Under the pieces are notes generated by a model. That model ran no database searches. It was not told the origin of the DNA and was given only the letters and a program-made list of their open reading frames with translations. A stretch of DNA of 63,197 nucleotides, filler included, from Octopus bimaculoides (taxonomy: Eukaryota), in assembly GCF_001194135.2 (NCBI RefSeq). It is 6 parts of 5 records of this genome, joined end to end, with 100 filler letters (N's around TTAATTAATTAA, not from the genome) between each part and the next. Parts side by side here need not be neighbours in the genome. Positions count along the whole stretch, not along the records: positions 60,483 to 63,197 come from NC_068994.1; 5 more parts are not named here. One strand, given 5' to 3'. Shown here piece by piece: positions 60,947 through 63,197 of this stretch; position 1 is the stretch's first letter, and the number at the start of each line of letters is the position of its first letter. Position numbers and translations under genes: made by a program.

Positions 60947-61005
60947 CGACGATGACGATGATGATGATGATGATGACGACGACGACGACAATGATGATGA
61001 TGATA
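60845..61005. repeat. (GAT/GAC)n microsatellite
   Basis: Trinucleotide run that produces the spurious poly-Asp, poly-Met, poly-Ser and poly-Ile ORFs. Confidence 0.95.
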
Positions 61006-61099
61006 TTTCGTTTAAAAGAGAAAAGCAGCAGATGTATATAAAGAAAATGAACTCTTCCAAGCACTTTCTGAATTATGGATAAAATTTTAAATTTACAAG

Positions 61100-62060
61100 G
61101 AGAGTAAAAATACATATAATATCTTAACGCTCCCTCCTGGTGACACAAATGTACAGCCTGAACAAATGCAGACCAAACTCAACATACACAGCAACAATCC
61201 AAGAAGCAGAGCCTCGAAAAATGCATACATTACACTCAAAGACCACAATGACAACTTCAACACTGAAATTAATCTTACGTGAAATGAACTAATTCGGGCC
61301 AACAACAATACACGATGCTCATTACTCACAATGCAAAGTCTTCGACGAAGCCAAGTATGTGAATATTCACCAGTTTTAGAACAACTGAGTATAGAAATCG
61401 ATGCACACTTATCCAATTTGACATCATCAAATGTTATCCGTTAATCGCTAAAGTCCGTTTTCATAAAGCCATGCAGATCACATCTAAGTCCACAACTACA
61501 ACATCAAATTAGCTTAAAACTTTAATACAATCTAGACGTTCATTCATGTTCAAAAACCGGTGCTGGGCAAACTACATGAAGAAACGTTCCAGTGTGAATG
61601 AATATATCAACATCATCATCATCATCATCATTTAAAGTTCGTTATCCATGTGGGCATGAGTTGGACGGTCTGTCTAGACTGGCAAACTGAGGAGCTGCAT
61701 CAGATTCCAGTCTGATTCAACTTGGTTTCTACAGCTGGATGTTCTTCCAACCGCAAAGCATTTTACCGAGTGTGCCGGGTGCTTTTACGTGGTAACCGCA
61801 CGGACGTTTTTACGTGCCGTTTTCAAAGCTTTACAGAAAATACATATATATCCCCTCCATCTACCAAAAATTATTAACCAAATACTTCTATACTATAGCG
61901 AGTAAACTTGAAATCCACTTTTTTCCCAACGAAAACCATTTCACAGCTGCGCGGTCAAGCATAACGAAGCACCTGATCATAATAGCAACCTCAAAAAACG
62001 CAACAGCACGGAAGTCACCCAGCAAAAGCAACGTTAGGACGGTACTTAAACGAAAAAAAT
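61100..62060 (+). mobile_element. Second Penelope-like RT remnant, interrupted by an RTE-tail element (61610-61820, minus)
   Basis: NAYITLKDHNDNF, RCTLIQFDIIKCYPLI..IQSRRSFMF, and after the insertion KLYRK..PNENHFTAA../HNEAP. These correspond to ITLKDHKxNF, FIQFDIxxFYPSI, ARKSxLF and YRK...NExxFxxAxxxYNEAL motifs of Penelope-like RTs. Confidence 0.7.
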
Positions 62061-62277
62061 GAATTAGTTCAATCTGCCGTTTAGCATGATGATTACAAAC
62101 GAAGTGGCAAAGCAATTTCTACTCGTTAGACAGCAAACGCTTCTTTAATTTCTATAAATATTTAATAACTTCAGCAAAATTATTAAATATTTCTTTTCAT
62201 ATGTATTAGTATAGATTATGGTATGCATATATACATAAGAATACACAGGCATGCACTCACACATCTACATACATATA

Positions 62278-62333
<56 letters not shown>

Positions 62334-63028
62334 GTATGTTTATATATATGTATATGTCTATATATATATGTATGTATATGTATATTTCACTATCTCCTAT
62401 ATACATATATATATGTATGTATCTCTCTCTCTCTCTAGCTCTCTCTCTCTCTTTCAATATATGTGTTCATGCATATGGTATCTGCATATATATTTATTTA
62501 CATTTGCATGGTAATATACATGTGTATATTAATATATAATATATATACGTATATATAAATATACATGCATATATACACATATATAAACATATATATATAT
62601 ATAAATACATATACATTTATTTATATATATATATNNNNNNNNNNNNNNNNNNNNNNNNNNNNNNNNNNNNNNNNNNNNNNNNNNNNNNNNNNNNNNNNNN
62701 NNNNNNNNNNNNNNNNNNNNNNNNNNNNNNNNNNTGTTATACGATGTTATACCTCGTTAATTATGATGTATCTGTGAGACATCGGAGACTAATAGCGATC
62801 TTGATACGATTATATTCATATCATTATGTATGAATGTGTATATATGGATCTGTATGTGTGTATGTATGTACGTATTTGTGTATATTTTTGTGTATGTGTG
62901 TATGTATAAGTACGTGATTATACGTATATATATATGTATATGTATATAGACATATACAGAGATAGAAAGACACATACTTACACATACACACATACATAAT
63001 ACGTACATACATACATACATACATATAA

Positions 63029-63126
<98 letters not shown>

Positions 63127-63197
63127 ACAAGCATACATTATTTTATGGATGCATATATGTACACGTGTTCGAGTGCATAATTTTTTTTATCCATATG

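Noticed and set aside
60807-61082. Poly-Asp acidic protein
   Set aside because: Translation of a (GAT/GAC)n microsatellite with no splice or homology support.

Overview
Repeat-dense, AT-rich eukaryotic scaffold with many N gaps. The SINE families, LINE types and microsatellite load point to an octopod cephalopod, probably Octopus sp. (inference, not a database match). Only two protein-coding genes are supported, arranged convergently. One is the last three exons of ASCC3 (+ strand, 1371-4074). The other is the last two exons of a nine-finger C2H2 zinc-finger gene (- strand, 16194-13479), whose first exon was not located with certainty. The rest is intronic or intergenic DNA. It carries at least three SINE-like families, LINE remnants (RTE, CR1-like, R4/Dong-like, Penelope-like), DNA-transposon remnants (mariner with intact TIRs, piggyBac transposase plus a TTAA MITE, two hAT types, Helitron-type elements), minisatellites and microsatellites. 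No CRISPR, rRNA or true tRNA gene is supported. Five 100-nt N44-TTAATTAATTAA-N44 blocks are assembly spacers. The most interesting leads are: two otherwise different SINE families sharing a core that ends in a conserved GTCGA-N5-TCGAC hairpin; a retroposon pile-up on (ATT)n/(TAA)n microsatellites next to an R4/Dong-like LINE; a PHD finger inserted inside an RTE reverse transcriptase; a GC-rich, little-decayed hAT fragment; minisatellites born from dispersed repeats; and a candidate first exon at a CpG-content boundary near 46.8 kb. I did not find a clearly new multi-gene system. All novelty claims need the checks listed.
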